A stretch of 64,000 bases of DNA from a virus, in IMG/VR virus record IMGVR_UViG_3300035698_035359, positions 1 through 64,000 of that record; one strand, written 5' to 3'. Made by a program: the position numbers and the translations under genes. Below, in pieces: positions 49,211 to 60,401 of this stretch (position 1 is its first letter; each line of letters begins with the position of its first letter). The notes below the pieces were generated by a model. It had not been told where the DNA came from, made no database searches, and was given only the letters and a program-made list of their open reading frames with translations.

Positions 49211-50164
49211 ATGAGTCAAATTAATCAGTTAGAAGTATCTAGAATCATAGGTGAACCATTAGACCCAAGAAAACCTTACCCTCATATAGTTGATGCTACA
49301 TGTGACACCGATAGTGCTGAGCCTGAGGATTACATTTATTATTTTGATGTATTGGTAGAAGTAGAAAAGGTATATGTGATAACATCTAGTGGTGAAGTTA
49401 CACAGGAGAGGGTAGACCCCGATACACCTGCTGCGTTGACGTTTGCTGATTTAGCTACACCTGAGTATTACATTAAGTTGAATGATTATGCTTCAAGAAA
49501 AGAAAATGTTTTAGCTAGAAAGAAAAAAACAATAGAGAGAGCGTTGAATAGTTATGAAAATTATCAGATTATAACTCTATTAGCTGCTGCTACAAGTTCG
49601 ACTGGTAATGAAAATACACCGATTTCTGGAGCTGGAAGATTTAGATTTATTGATTTAGTTGCGATGGTTGAACAGGTACAGGATTATGGAGATGACTTAG
49701 CTCTTATTAATGGTGCATCTTGTGATAAAGATATAATTAGATGGAACTGGGATGATAATAAAAATCAAAGTTTATCTGAAGCTCTTACAATGATGAATAT
49801 AAAATCAAAGATTAGATTAAGTTTAGCTGGCTCTGCGCAAACTCTTAGAATTGCTGCTGATACTTCTGGTGCGTCAGTTAGTACAACCGATGTATTAGGT
49901 TCAACACTGTCTTACCTTGTTGCTAGAGATACTGTGATGGGTAAACCATTGTTATTTGTTAGAAAGAAAATGGATAGTTTAAAAGAGTTAGGTGGATTGA
50001 TTTATGAAGATGGTACACAACCTGAAAGATTAGTGTTTACGTCACCGAACCCTATTGTTGTTACTGGTTCTGCCCGTTATCTTGCGATAGCTGTAATTGG
50101 TTTTGAACAATATGCTGCTGCAACGAAAAATATTTATGCAATTTCTAAGTTTACAAGGTCTTGA
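49211..50164 (+). CDS. Major capsid protein
   Basis: Follows protease/scaffold, strong AAAGGAGG RBS, 317 aa, followed by a strong hairpin. Confidence 0.7.
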   Translation: MSQINQLEVSRIIGEPLDPRKPYPHIVDATCDTDSAEPEDYIYYFDVLVEVEKVYVITSSGEVTQERVDPDTPAALTFADLATPEYYIKLNDYASRKENVLARKKKTIERALNSYENYQIITLLAAATSSTGNENTPISGAGRFRFIDLVAMVEQVQDYGDDLALINGASCDKDIIRWNWDDNKNQSLSEALTMMNIKSKIRLSLAGSAQTLRIAADTSGASVSTTDVLGSTLSYLVARDTVMGKPLLFVRKKMDSLKELGGLIYEDGTQPERLVFTSPNPIVVTGSARYLAIAVIGFEQYAAATKNIYAISKFTRS

Positions 50165-50209
50165 TACTAAACGAGTTACGACAATTTTGATAAATAATCT
50201 TTAGATATA

Positions 50210-50235
50210 GGGGGAAGTAATAAAATACTTCCCCC
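50210..50235 (+). terminator. Hairpin after capsid gene (terminator or stabiliser)
   Basis: GGGGGAAGTA-ATAAAA-TACTTCCCCC; no clear U-tract. Confidence 0.5.
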
Positions 50236-50295
50236 CCAATGAAATCTAAACTTATAATTGAGAAACAAGTAACATAACCCCAAGAAAGCCACAAA

Positions 50296-50760
50296 ATGAT
50301 AACAAAATTGAATCCATCTGACAAGAAAAAACATGTTGGAATAGTTGATTTTCTCGCTAATAACTTTGACACTGATTTTTATATGACACATGAGAACAAA
50401 CGTGTTTATATCACTAAAGAATATCAACTTAAAATATTGTTTGCTGAATCTCAAGATATCTATATATTAGAGGAAGGTGGAGATTATTTAGGTTTGGCTC
50501 TTATTTGGGTTAGTTTGGGTGGAGAGAAGAAACGATATTATATAAAAATAAATGCAATAAACAAAGATGTTGCAGATGATTTATTAACTCAAATTTTATG
50601 GGATTATTCTGAAAAAGAGTTATTTGTAAAAATTAAAAAAAGCAATAAATTACTATCTACATTTTATAGGAAAAATTTTAAGTTTTTAGGTGGAAGAGGT
50701 TCACAAATACTCTTGAATAGAAAAAATTTATTTAATAGGGAGAGAAAAAATAATGGCTGA
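50296..50760 (+). CDS. Hypothetical, possibly GNAT-like protein
   Basis: FYRKNFKFLG resembles a GNAT motif B. Confidence 0.4.
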   Translation: MITKLNPSDKKKHVGIVDFLANNFDTDFYMTHENKRVYITKEYQLKILFAESQDIYILEEGGDYLGLALIWVSLGGEKKRYYIKINAINKDVADDLLTQILWDYSEKELFVKIKKSNKLLSTFYRKNFKFLGGRGSQILLNRKNLFNRERKNNG

Positions 50761-51322
50761 TACAACTTTATCAGATGTAACTACACTTGTCCGATATTTA
50801 ATTGAGGACACTTCTACAAATAATCTTCCAGGGGATATTTTTGTGTATGCTAACAGTGCAGTATTTACTTTAACAGAAAGTAATGTGATTGAGGTAACAC
50901 AAGTATTGGTCAATGATTCTTCACTCGGTTCTGGAGACTATTCATATGATGTTGATGATAATTCTGTACAAGTAGTTAGTTCTTTGTCTTCAGGAGACAC
51001 CATTGAGATACAATATTCTTATTATGCCAATTACAGTGATTCAATTATTCAAAACTACATAAGAAGTGCGGTTATACATTTAAGTATTAATAATTATTAT
51101 AATTTTGAAGTTGTATCAACAGGAATATACCCTGAACCATCTACAACTGAAAAGAATTTAATAGCAATGGTTGCTTCTTTGTTAATAAACCCTGGGAATC
51201 AATCAATCCGTTTACCTGATATTACAATTAATGTTCCTAATGATTTACCAACAAATACCAAAATTGCTAAAGTTATTAATGTTGCAAAGCATAACACAAC
51301 TGGAATTTTTTCCTTGTTATGA
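50753..51322 (+). CDS. Head-tail adaptor-like protein
   Basis: VRYLIED N-terminus, YSDSIIQ; position. Confidence 0.55.
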   Translation: MADTTLSDVTTLVRYLIEDTSTNNLPGDIFVYANSAVFTLTESNVIEVTQVLVNDSSLGSGDYSYDVDDNSVQVVSSLSSGDTIEIQYSYYANYSDSIIQNYIRSAVIHLSINNYYNFEVVSTGIYPEPSTTEKNLIAMVASLLINPGNQSIRLPDITINVPNDLPTNTKIAKVINVAKHNTTGIFSLL

Positions 51323-51529
51323 TGCCCAAAAAGAAAGTAGATAAAAGTGTAATATAAGAGCTAATTTCAATAAAGACTATTGGTTTTCTTATTTTACTTA
51401 TATAATGGAAAATTAAAAGTTTTATAGACGCAATTAAAAGTATGGGAGGATAATATGAAGTAAGAATAATGTTCCGTAGGTGTAGCTAAAAAAATAAACG
51501 TAACTAAAAGTATGAAAAGGAGAAGTAAG

Positions 51530-51952
51530 ATGAATATGAATTTTTACCAAGCTTTAAGAAATTTTAATGGGGAAGCAATTAAAAGAGGACCAGAAACTTT
51601 ATATATTTCAGATATGATATCAAATGCTCTAAGTGTTACTCAACCTAAAAACCCACAGACTGATGCTATCAAACAGTATGATTTAGCTTTAAAAATATAT
51701 AATGCAAGAGAAGCTTTAGATGTAAATGAAACAGATATAGTATTACTGAAAAGTGTTATGTCTCAAAACGAGTTAAAATATACTGCTTTAATATTAGGAC
51801 AAGTCTTTAAGGTATTAGATGGCAAAGAAATTGAACCTGCGTTGAAACCAAGTAAGCCAATGCCACCTAAAGTGGAAGCAATAGTTAAAGAAGAAACAAA
51901 ACCCGATACCGTTGAGGTGAAAGATAAAAAAGAAGAGAAAAAACCTGAATAA
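51530..51952 (+). CDS. Hypothetical protein
   Basis: AAGGAG RBS before MNMNF. Confidence 0.55.
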   Translation: MNMNFYQALRNFNGEAIKRGPETLYISDMISNALSVTQPKNPQTDAIKQYDLALKIYNAREALDVNETDIVLLKSVMSQNELKYTALILGQVFKVLDGKEIEPALKPSKPMPPKVEAIVKEETKPDTVEVKDKKEEKKPE

Positions 51953-51965
51953 AGGTTAGAAAATA

Positions 51966-52298
51966 ATGTCATATCCAAGAATAAAATCTGTCAAATTTGA
52001 ATCTTCTGGTCAATATACTAACATACCAAAACAAGCAGTTTTAGGAGATGCTATTAGAATAACTGCAATAGTGAATTTAGCATCTGCCGATACTGCAAAG
52101 ATTACTATTGATGACTCTGCTGAAACTGTAAAAGTCGATGCAGTCGCAATGACTAAAGCAGCGGATGGAGTTTATACCTATATTCTCCAAAGTGATGAAG
52201 ATTGGGACTGTGGTACTTTTATTATAACTATAGAAATTAGTGATGGAACTAATACTGCTACTCGTCAAGACAGAATAGAATTATTGGAGCAAGATTAG
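51966..52298 (+). CDS. Ig-like virion protein
   Basis: DGVYTY....D...GTFIITIEISDG. Confidence 0.5.
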   Translation: MSYPRIKSVKFESSGQYTNIPKQAVLGDAIRITAIVNLASADTAKITIDDSAETVKVDAVAMTKAADGVYTYILQSDEDWDCGTFIITIEISDGTNTATRQDRIELLEQD

Positions 52299-52314
52299 TT
52301 AGGAGAATATTTTT

Positions 52315-53299
52315 ATGGATGAAAAGAAAAAAAATAATGGAAATGGTAGTAAACAAGCTGTTGAATGGTTTCGATTAATTACTCCAGTCTTGGTTACAAT
52401 TAGTATATTTTTTCTAAGTGGACTTAGTTTTCAGTTGCATAGAATAGATAATAAATTATTTACCCACTTAACAAATGATGAAATTCATGTACCTAGAGGA
52501 CAAGTTGTTACCCAAGCTGAGTTTGATTTACATTGTAAGTTTGCCAAAGAAAATAAAGAAGATTTTTTGAGGGCACTTGGTGAATTTAAACAGGATATGA
52601 GAGCAGTTTTAGCACAAAAATAAAAAGGAGAATGACTTATGAATAAAATTATACAGTTTCTAAAAAATATTTTGATGGGTATAGTTGGAATACTTGAAGC
52701 CATAGTAAAAGCTATCAAAGAAATTTGTACAGTAATTTTAGATATTATATCAATTATTCCGAAAGTTAAAATAGTTATTACTAAAGTTAGAGAGTTTTGT
52801 AATGGTTTATATGATAAACTAAGCGATTTAAAAGATTCATTGGAAGAATAAAATGGCTGATATAAATAAAGATATTAAGTGGTTGGGATTTTTAGAGCAG
52901 TTTTCAATAAAAAGAAAAACAATTTTCAAGTTGATAAACTATGCTTGGATACTTTTAGTAGTGATTTTGTTTTTTATGGGAATTGCTTTTATAAAGAACT
53001 TAATATTCCCTGTTAAGCCTATAAGTAATGTAAATACCCCAGTGTTTAATACTGGTGAAGGAACTAACGTGAATTATACTGTTGTTCAACAAACAGAAAG
53101 AGAACAAGAAAAAATAAATGTTGTTCCTTATGTAGATGCAAACTTCGGACAAAATAGAAGTATGGGTAATTGGAATCAAGGTGAAACTGGCTGGGAAGTA
53201 AAAGCTGGAGTTAGGATAGAATTTGATGGTTTGTTTGATTGGTTATTTCAAAGAAGTAATAAAGCTGTGCAAATGGTTTCAAAACCTGTAATAGAATAA
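52315..53299 (+). CDS. Three small membrane/lysis-type ORFs (52315-52623, 52639-52851, 52853-53299; holin/spanin-like candidates)
   Basis: Single TM or amphipathic segments. Confidence 0.45.
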
Positions 53300-53346
53300 T
53301 TAATAAAGGGGCGAAGCAATTCGTCCCTCCAATGGAGAATAATTAA

Positions 53347-53754
53347 ATGGTAAACATAAATAAATCTTTACCCAATATAAAAAAAATTCTTAGAGATAGT
53401 AACTATCGTACTAAGATATATGTTTCCTTTGCGTCAAAAGCCTACGGTGATGACTATGACCCATTTGAAGGAAATTCTACAGATACTATATTAAACCATA
53501 AAACAATATATGGGATTGTTTCTGATATTACTCCTGAGAGTCTTGCTTGGAAGCAATATGGGCAAAAGGCACAGGGTGCAAAAGAAATTCTATGTGAATC
53601 TAAATATATAAATTATTTTGAGCAATCAATAAAAATAAAAATAGGTACCAAATATTATACTACCTTTAGAGATGCTGCTAGTTCTAGATGTTTAATTACT
53701 GAGCGTGCTATGGGAATGATTCGAGTTATAGTGCAACAGAAAGATGAGGCATAA
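53347..53754 (+). CDS. Head closure-like protein
   Basis: Size and position in the neck module. Confidence 0.45.
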   Translation: MVNINKSLPNIKKILRDSNYRTKIYVSFASKAYGDDYDPFEGNSTDTILNHKTIYGIVSDITPESLAWKQYGQKAQGAKEILCESKYINYFEQSIKIKIGTKYYTTFRDAASSRCLITERAMGMIRVIVQQKDEA

Positions 53755-53756
53755 TT

Positions 53757-54239
53757 ATGGCTAGTGTATATTTTTCAGTTTTCCGTAATATGGAATTATC
53801 ATTGCTTGAATATTTGCAAACACAACTAAATGCAAGTTGGACTGGCATAACAACTGTAAAAACTTTTAAAAATGTCTATTCAAAAAATGTTTCTGTTCCA
53901 ATAGTAACTGCTAGAATGTTAGATTTAGGTCCAGAAACATTAGAAATTGGAGCAACAACTTTAGACCCAAAACCTTTATTTTCTATTGATATTTTTGCAA
54001 TATCTCAAGCTCAAAGACTTGACCTTGCAGCCTTTCTTACTGATAAATTAAAAGATTCTTTTGACTATCAAACTTATGCTCATGCTTCTGGAGATAAAAG
54101 TACAATAGAAGGAACTGTAGCTGGCAAATTAAAAGTAATTACTTGGATAACTAATGCCCCTCTGGATTTCGGAGAGCAGGTTGAGGTCAAAGACCGATAC
54201 AGACATAATATTTCTATTCAAATTAGAAAGAGTACTTAA
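53757..54239 (+). CDS. Tail terminator-like protein
   Basis: FSIDIFA.SQAQRLDLA..L...L pattern; position. Confidence 0.55.
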   Translation: MASVYFSVFRNMELSLLEYLQTQLNASWTGITTVKTFKNVYSKNVSVPIVTARMLDLGPETLEIGATTLDPKPLFSIDIFAISQAQRLDLAAFLTDKLKDSFDYQTYAHASGDKSTIEGTVAGKLKVITWITNAPLDFGEQVEVKDRYRHNISIQIRKST

Positions 54240-54240
54240 A

Positions 54241-54777
54241 ATGATTACTAAGATAAGATATACTAAGCAGGGTAAAGGATATATTGAATTGTCTAGAGAT
54301 ATTGATTTTCAATTTATTACAATAGAAAATGGTTTAGTTGCATTGGGTGAAGAAACAAAAACTCATATGCAAACAATTATTCAGACTAGTAAGAAAAGGT
54401 CTGGAAGTAAAAATGAATTAGAGAATTCAATACGAGTTCATAAACAAAAAATAACAGCAAATAGAATTGATGTGGGTGTTGGAAAGAAAAGCGAATTACC
54501 AAAATATTGGGCTGTTATTAATTATGGAGGATATTCAGGTGCAGCTCTTTCTGGTAAAAAAGTTCCAGGTTCTTTTGGCGGTAGCCCACCTAATCCATCT
54601 TACAAAGGAACAGGAATAGGTCATGAGAAATATGACTATGCTAGAGGTGGTCCTTATTTTATGAAAGTTGAAAGTCCAATTATGGCGATGAATTATATAG
54701 AGAAAACTATTGTATGGGCAAATACTATTAGTAGAGTTCATTATAGTAATTGGAATAATAAAATAAAAGTGATTTAG
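54241..54777 (+). CDS. Neck/tail completion protein (HK97 gp10-like)
   Basis: LENSIR...VGVG...KYWAVINYG; start at ATG 54241. Confidence 0.55.
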   Translation: MITKIRYTKQGKGYIELSRDIDFQFITIENGLVALGEETKTHMQTIIQTSKKRSGSKNELENSIRVHKQKITANRIDVGVGKKSELPKYWAVINYGGYSGAALSGKKVPGSFGGSPPNPSYKGTGIGHEKYDYARGGPYFMKVESPIMAMNYIEKTIVWANTISRVHYSNWNNKIKVI

Positions 54778-54879
54778 AATAAGTAAGATTGTTACAATTA
54801 AGTAAGACAGATAAATAAGATTCTTCCAAGGAGAGGAGAGTCAACCAGTACAATTACATTTTCATAGGAGGAAAATAAA

Positions 54880-56103
54880 ATTATACATACCAGCCACTAC
54901 GAACCACGCTACTTCCCATATAAGGGAGCAGCAACAATCATATCTACTGAAATAGATAGATTACAAGATTTAGCAGCTACATCTACTTTAAATCGTACTA
55001 AGCTTGAAGAATTAGGTAGAGAAGGGCTTGTTGATTGGAGAAAAACAACTCCGACAGTTGGTCTTACTTTAAGACAATTAGAATATGGAGGATTTGAGTT
55101 TTATCAGCAGTTAGCTAATGTAGCATCTACAGATGTTAAAGTAGAGGCTAAAGATTTTAAAACTTCATTAGGAGATATTGCAGGATATGAAACTGATGAT
55201 GATGCTTCATTTTTAAGTACCGTGTGGTATCCTAAACAGAAACTTGCAGGATTTAGTTTAAATATAGGAGACCCAGATGCAGTAGCGGAAAGAACATTTA
55301 ATTTAGTTGGTGAAGATAGAATAATTTTAAGAGGAACAGGAAAATATCTTATTGATTTAATAGATAGTGCTACTGCTGCAGGACATCAAATTGTTATAGC
55401 TTCTGGTGGTTTTGCTGATTATCCAGCTCCTGTTGAAGACCAAGATAATTCTGGAAATTATTTCCTAAGATGCGTTAGATATAGAAGTAGTATTGCTACA
55501 GAATTAGTTGAAGGAACAGACTTTACTTGGGATAATGGAACTCAAACTATAACTATTCCACTCTCAGCAAGTGGTGATGTTTTTAGATTTATGTATTCTG
55601 CTGCAGCTTATATAACTGATAGTAGCCCGTTTACAGAAAATGATTCAGATTTGGCAGCAATTACTGCTGATTCAGTTAGCATTTATTTAGGTTCTGGTGA
55701 AGAATACTTATATAAAATACAAAATGTAGCTTGTGATATTAGTTTAGATAGATTTGATGTTAGAGAAGTTGGTAATTCTACTGTTGTAAAGGAAGGTGCT
55801 AGAGACATAACAACTAGTATTACTTTGGGTAGAATTCTTGAAGATTATACTATTGAGCAAATTTTACGAGGTGAAGGTTCTACTTTTAGAAAACTTGATA
55901 TAAAGAAATTTGTTGATGAATTGCAACTTATTATAAAACTTTATTCAGATGATGGTAAAGGAACATTTTTGATGGGATATAAATTTACAGATTTAGCTCC
56001 AGCAAGTTTGGATGATGCTAATGCCTTAAATGATTACAGTACTATTGGTGTAAGTTTAACTGGCGAATCCATGTTTGTAACAAATGATGAAACTGAGCTT
56101 TAA
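54880..56103 (+). CDS. Major tail tube protein (probable ATT start, 407 aa)
   Basis: Frame is open from TAG at 54865 through the track's GTG at 55222; AGGAGG at 54866-54871 is 8 nt before ATT; precedes chaperones and tape measure. Confidence 0.7.
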   Translation: MIHTSHYEPRYFPYKGAATIISTEIDRLQDLAATSTLNRTKLEELGREGLVDWRKTTPTVGLTLRQLEYGGFEFYQQLANVASTDVKVEAKDFKTSLGDIAGYETDDDASFLSTVWYPKQKLAGFSLNIGDPDAVAERTFNLVGEDRIILRGTGKYLIDLIDSATAAGHQIVIASGGFADYPAPVEDQDNSGNYFLRCVRYRSSIATELVEGTDFTWDNGTQTITIPLSASGDVFRFMYSAAAYITDSSPFTENDSDLAAITADSVSIYLGSGEEYLYKIQNVACDISLDRFDVREVGNSTVVKEGARDITTSITLGRILEDYTIEQILRGEGSTFRKLDIKKFVDELQLIIKLYSDDGKGTFLMGYKFTDLAPASLDDANALNDYSTIGVSLTGESMFVTNDETEL

Positions 56104-56121
56104 TATAGCAAAATAAGAAAC

Positions 56122-56146
56122 GGGGAGGGATTAATTTCCTTCCCCT
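56122..56146 (+). terminator. Hairpin after tail tube gene
   Basis: GGGGAGGGA-TTAAT-TTCCTTCCCC. Confidence 0.5.
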
Positions 56147-56186
56147 CCAAATAGTAATTAAATGTAAGAAAAAATAAGGAGCAAGT

Positions 56187-56453
56187 ATGGGAAATGAAAC
56201 TTTAAATATAAGTTATGATTATTTAAAAGAAGTAATAGGTTTTTCTTCTTCTAAATGCGTGGGCAAGATTATGAAGAGATTTGATTTATTTGAGAGCCCA
56301 GAGGTTCTAAAAAAAGAAATCAAGGAGTTGATATATGAAAATTATAGAGACTTTCTTGATATTATATTAGCCCATAATAAGGGACTTGATATGGATATTT
56401 TTGTGTTTAAAGGCAAGAAAAAATTAGGGGAAGACTCTACCTATAAAGGGTAG
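56187..56453 (+). CDS. Hypothetical protein
   Basis: AAGGAG RBS. Confidence 0.55.
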   Translation: MGNETLNISYDYLKEVIGFSSSKCVGKIMKRFDLFESPEVLKKEIKELIYENYRDFLDIILAHNKGLDMDIFVFKGKKKLGEDSTYKG

Positions 56454-56499
56454 AAGTGTTCCCTCTTTTTTATTTTTATAACGAAAAGGAGAGTAAGGT

Positions 56500-57183
56500 A
56501 TGAATAAAGAATTTTTAGAAAGTGGTAAGACACCAGAAGAGCAATTAGCTGAAGATATTAAGCTAAAAGAAGTTAAAAAACAAATGCAAAAAGTTATGAA
56601 TATGGATTTGTTAGAGAAAGTTTTAGAGAATAATGAGTTTATATTTTCAATTGAAGATATAAAATATAAAGTAAAAAAACCTTCCTTTGAGCAGAAACAG
56701 GATGCTAATAATAAAAGAATTGCAAAATATATGGAGCTATTACAACATCCTACCTTTGTTTTAGAAGAAGAGTTACGCAAGATTTATAAACCTAAAGGTG
56801 TAGATATAGATGCAATGGATGAGAAAATGTTTAATATAACTAAAAAGAAAGAAGATTATTTACTTAAATTAGGAAAAGCGATTAAAGACAAAAAACCTGA
56901 TGCAGAGAAACAAGCATTTAAAAAAGAAATAGAAATTCTTCAACAAGAATTACAGGACGTTTCTATAAAGAAAACTTCGTATCTAGAATTATCTATAGAA
57001 CATCAAGTTATAATTTATGTTTACTCATATTTAACTTATTTAATATCTGAAAAGAAAGAAAAAGATAAGTGGATACCAGTTTGGAAAACTTATGATGAAT
57101 TTACAAGAGATAGTGGAGTAAGAATGGATGGAATAACTTTTTATGCTTCTTCAATAATAAGTGATGAATTAAATAAACAGTAA
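56500..57183 (+). CDS. Tail assembly chaperone-like protein
   Basis: Helical, between tube and tape measure. Confidence 0.5.
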   Translation: MNKEFLESGKTPEEQLAEDIKLKEVKKQMQKVMNMDLLEKVLENNEFIFSIEDIKYKVKKPSFEQKQDANNKRIAKYMELLQHPTFVLEEELRKIYKPKGVDIDAMDEKMFNITKKKEDYLLKLGKAIKDKKPDAEKQAFKKEIEILQQELQDVSIKKTSYLELSIEHQVIIYVYSYLTYLISEKKEKDKWIPVWKTYDEFTRDSGVRMDGITFYASSIISDELNKQ

Positions 57184-57193
57184 GGACCATACT

Positions 57194-57571
57194 ATGAAAT
57201 ATAATAATTTTAGACCTTATAGTTTAATTCGTGAGTTGGCAAAAACAGACAAATATCAAGCATTATATTCACAAGCTAAAGAATTACACCTAAAATTATT
57301 TCTTAATGAGTTTAATTTTACAGACAAACAACTAATGTTTTTAAATTACTTGTCTTTTTATGCCTCCTTAAATTTGGATGTTGCTTTAGGTGATGTGGAA
57401 GAGATAGTATTTGAGAATGAAATATATGAAGATGCTTATGCATTTTACCGTAATTCAGAACGTAAAAAAGATAAAAAGCTAGTAGATAATAAAGGGAATA
57501 AGAACCAAAAAAATCAATCAGGGAATACTGATTCTTGGATTTTTAAATCTAAGAAGAAGTTAAATAAATAA
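57194..57571 (+). CDS. Second tail chaperone-like protein
   Basis: Immediately before tape measure. Confidence 0.45.
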   Translation: MKYNNFRPYSLIRELAKTDKYQALYSQAKELHLKLFLNEFNFTDKQLMFLNYLSFYASLNLDVALGDVEEIVFENEIYEDAYAFYRNSERKKDKKLVDNKGNKNQKNQSGNTDSWIFKSKKKLNK

Positions 57572-57572
57572 A

Positions 57573-60401
57573 ATGGCGCAAACTACTACAACTTATTTAA
57601 TACGATATGTCGGAGATACTAAAGGATTAAAACAAGTCCAACAACAATTAGCTAGGACTAATAAGGTACAGGGTGCAAGTGTTAAAGAGCAAGATAAGTT
57701 AGCAAAATCAAGTAAAAGTCTTGGCCAAAATATGGCTCGTTTAGCTGGACGTGCAGCTATAACTATTCCTATCTGGCTTGCTCTACGTGGTGCTATTATG
57801 TCGGTAATTGGTTTTGTTAAAGATTCAATTAAAACTTGGATAGATTTAGAGCGAGAAATGGGTAGAGTTGCTACTGTTACTAGGGGAAGCGCAGCAGAGC
57901 TTGATTTATTAAAAAATAAAGTTATAGACTTTTCAGCATCTTCAAGTAGAGGATTTAAAGAAGCTGCATCGGCAATGTATGCTTTAGGTTCTGCAGGATT
58001 ATCTGTTACAGAGCAGTTGACTGGTATGGAACATATTATGAATGTATCTATTGGTACTTTTGGCGATACTGAACAAATAGCTAAATTAGTTGCGGGTGCT
58101 TACAATGTTTTTGGTAAATCTATGGATGAAGCATATACTTCTTCAGCAAAATTCAAAAGAATATCTGATATTTTATCATATACATATAGTACACAGCAGG
58201 TAGAGTTATCAGAAATAGCAAACGCTATGACTTATGTTGCTTCTATTGGTAGTTTGATGAACATAAAATTTGAAACCCTTGTTGGAACAATAGGTGTTTT
58301 AAATACTGGAATGTTAAAAGGTAGTAAATCTGGTACAGCATTGATGAATGCCTTTATACGAGTAGCGCAAAAAAGTGATGCATTAGCTAAATTGGGAGTT
58401 GTATTTGACCCAAGTGCGTCACTAGACTTTTTAGATGTAATGACTCAATTACATATTAAATATGGAGACCAAGCACTTTCTTTAATGAATTTAAAAGAAA
58501 TAATGGATGTATTTGGGAGAAGAGGGGGTAGAGCTGCAGCTCAATTAATTAAGGATTTTGATAGATGGAAAAAGTCTTTAGATGATGGTAAAGCTACATT
58601 TGAAGATTTTGCTGCACAAATGAAAGAGGACGCAGAAAACACTTTACCTATGGCTTTTGCCAAATTAGGTAATTCTATAAAGGCTAATGTAGTTGGAGCA
58701 TTATCAGAAAGTTCAGGTGAGTTGAAAGATTTTATTAATACTATAAATGAGATAACAGAAGAGCAAAGATTGGCAGCTGAAGGAAAAAAATATTTACGTG
58801 GTCCAGATAGAAGTTCAGCAAAGACTGAAGACCCTACAAATAAATCTGCTTGGGGGGTTGCTCTTGAGTTAGCTTTGCGTCAAATTCGTGGGTTAAATAA
58901 AGAAAATACTGCAGAAAATGTCAAACAAGCAAAAGCTCACGGTGGATTAATTGATGCAATGAAACAGGCCAATGTGTTATTAGAGAAAAAAAAGAAATTA
59001 ACAAAAGAAGAAATTGGGTTTCAAAAAGAAATGAAATCAATTGGTAAAGAGTTAGCTGAAAGTACTAAAAGTTCTGTAGATGCAGAAGCAGATGCCCGTT
59101 TAAGAATCTCTAAATATATTTTTAATAATGCTAACATGTTAGAAATGAATCAAAAACTTTTTAATGCAACTGTAGATATATTAAAAGACCAGTTACTAAT
59201 AAAAAAGAGTGAATTACAAGTTGCTAGAGAGTTAGCTAAAGAAGACCAGAAGAAAATTGATAAAATAAAAGATTCAATGCAGTACGAGGAAATGAAGTTA
59301 AGAGGAGTTAAAGAAAGTACCATAGAGAGATTAAAGTTAGATAAGATGATTCTTGAAATAAATGAAAAAATTGCTAGGGCAAACGAAAAAGATGGAAAAT
59401 TAAATCTACAAAATTTAGATGCTACTAGTTTAATGTTAGGTGAAACAGAAGCTTTAGAAGCAGCAATTCAGCATGTAGGTGAAGCAGGAAAAACTGCATT
59501 ATTAAAAACTTTTACTCAAGCGAAAAAAACTATTGGTGAATTAAGAGAAGAAGTTGCAGAGTTTAGTGATGAATTAAAGGGCTCTTTTCAAGAAGGATTT
59601 GTAGACTTATTTAAAGGTGATATAGGGTTAGCAGAATTTGGTGATAGAATAGGTGAAACAATGAGAGAAGCTATTTTATCTCAAGCTGCTGAAGGGTTAA
59701 CTGATTTAGTTTTTAATATGACTGGTATGGGTGACCTTTTTGGTGCTCAAATGCTTGATATAAAAGGGATGTTTGGTGGACCAGCAGCTCAATTTGAAGT
59801 AGCTATAATAAAAGCTTCAAGGGAAGGTTCAGCTATGTATGCAACTGCTATAAGTAATGCTAGCGTGGCTGGGGGAAGTAAGATTGGTACTGCTTGGGCA
59901 GGAGAAACTTTTGCAGGAAAAAGTCCTTTAGACGCATATGCTAAGGCAAAAGGCCAAGGAGCTACTGATGCCGATGCTTTAAAAGCAAGTAAAGGGTTCC
60001 AATTACCAGCAGGATTGCAAAAAGGATTAGGTTTCGGTATGGCTGGGTTATCTGGTTTTATGGCAGGTCAAGCAGGTGGTGGAGGTATGGCTGGAGGTTT
60101 AATGGGTGGTGCAGGTGGAATATTATCTATGATTCCAGGAATGCAAGGATTTGGAGCAGCATTAAGTTTTGGTGCTCAACTATTTGGCATGTTCGGGAAG
60201 AAAGAAACTAAAGTAGAAGAAAAGCGACAAACTTTGCAAGTGACCTCCAGAATTGATGTTACTAATCATCAATTAGATATAGTAAACAGAAATCTTGTAG
60301 CAATGAGACAAGAACTTACTTATATAATGCAAGAAAGTTTCTATTTTTCAGAGAAACGTGGAACACTTGAAGACAATTTTTCATTAGATAGTCGTAGATA
60401 A
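57573..60401 (+). CDS. Tape measure protein
   Basis: TP901-type core (EAASAMYALGSAG...LKGSKSGTAL...VFGRRG), Ala/Gly-rich helical C-terminus. Confidence 0.93.
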   Translation: MAQTTTTYLIRYVGDTKGLKQVQQQLARTNKVQGASVKEQDKLAKSSKSLGQNMARLAGRAAITIPIWLALRGAIMSVIGFVKDSIKTWIDLEREMGRVATVTRGSAAELDLLKNKVIDFSASSSRGFKEAASAMYALGSAGLSVTEQLTGMEHIMNVSIGTFGDTEQIAKLVAGAYNVFGKSMDEAYTSSAKFKRISDILSYTYSTQQVELSEIANAMTYVASIGSLMNIKFETLVGTIGVLNTGMLKGSKSGTALMNAFIRVAQKSDALAKLGVVFDPSASLDFLDVMTQLHIKYGDQALSLMNLKEIMDVFGRRGGRAAAQLIKDFDRWKKSLDDGKATFEDFAAQMKEDAENTLPMAFAKLGNSIKANVVGALSESSGELKDFINTINEITEEQRLAAEGKKYLRGPDRSSAKTEDPTNKSAWGVALELALRQIRGLNKENTAENVKQAKAHGGLIDAMKQANVLLEKKKKLTKEEIGFQKEMKSIGKELAESTKSSVDAEADARLRISKYIFNNANMLEMNQKLFNATVDILKDQLLIKKSELQVARELAKEDQKKIDKIKDSMQYEEMKLRGVKESTIERLKLDKMILEINEKIARANEKDGKLNLQNLDATSLMLGETEALEAAIQHVGEAGKTALLKTFTQAKKTIGELREEVAEFSDELKGSFQEGFVDLFKGDIGLAEFGDRIGETMREAILSQAAEGLTDLVFNMTGMGDLFGAQMLDIKGMFGGPAAQFEVAIIKASREGSAMYATAISNASVAGGSKIGTAWAGETFAGKSPLDAYAKAKGQGATDADALKASKGFQLPAGLQKGLGFGMAGLSGFMAGQAGGGGMAGGLMGGAGGILSMIPGMQGFGAALSFGAQLFGMFGKKETKVEEKRQTLQVTSRIDVTNHQLDIVNRNLVAMRQELTYIMQESFYFSEKRGTLEDNFSLDSRR

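Noticed and set aside
56500-57571. Programmed frameshift between tail chaperone genes
   Set aside because: The second ORF has its own AAGGA RBS and ATG, and I saw no convincing slippery heptamer at the junction.
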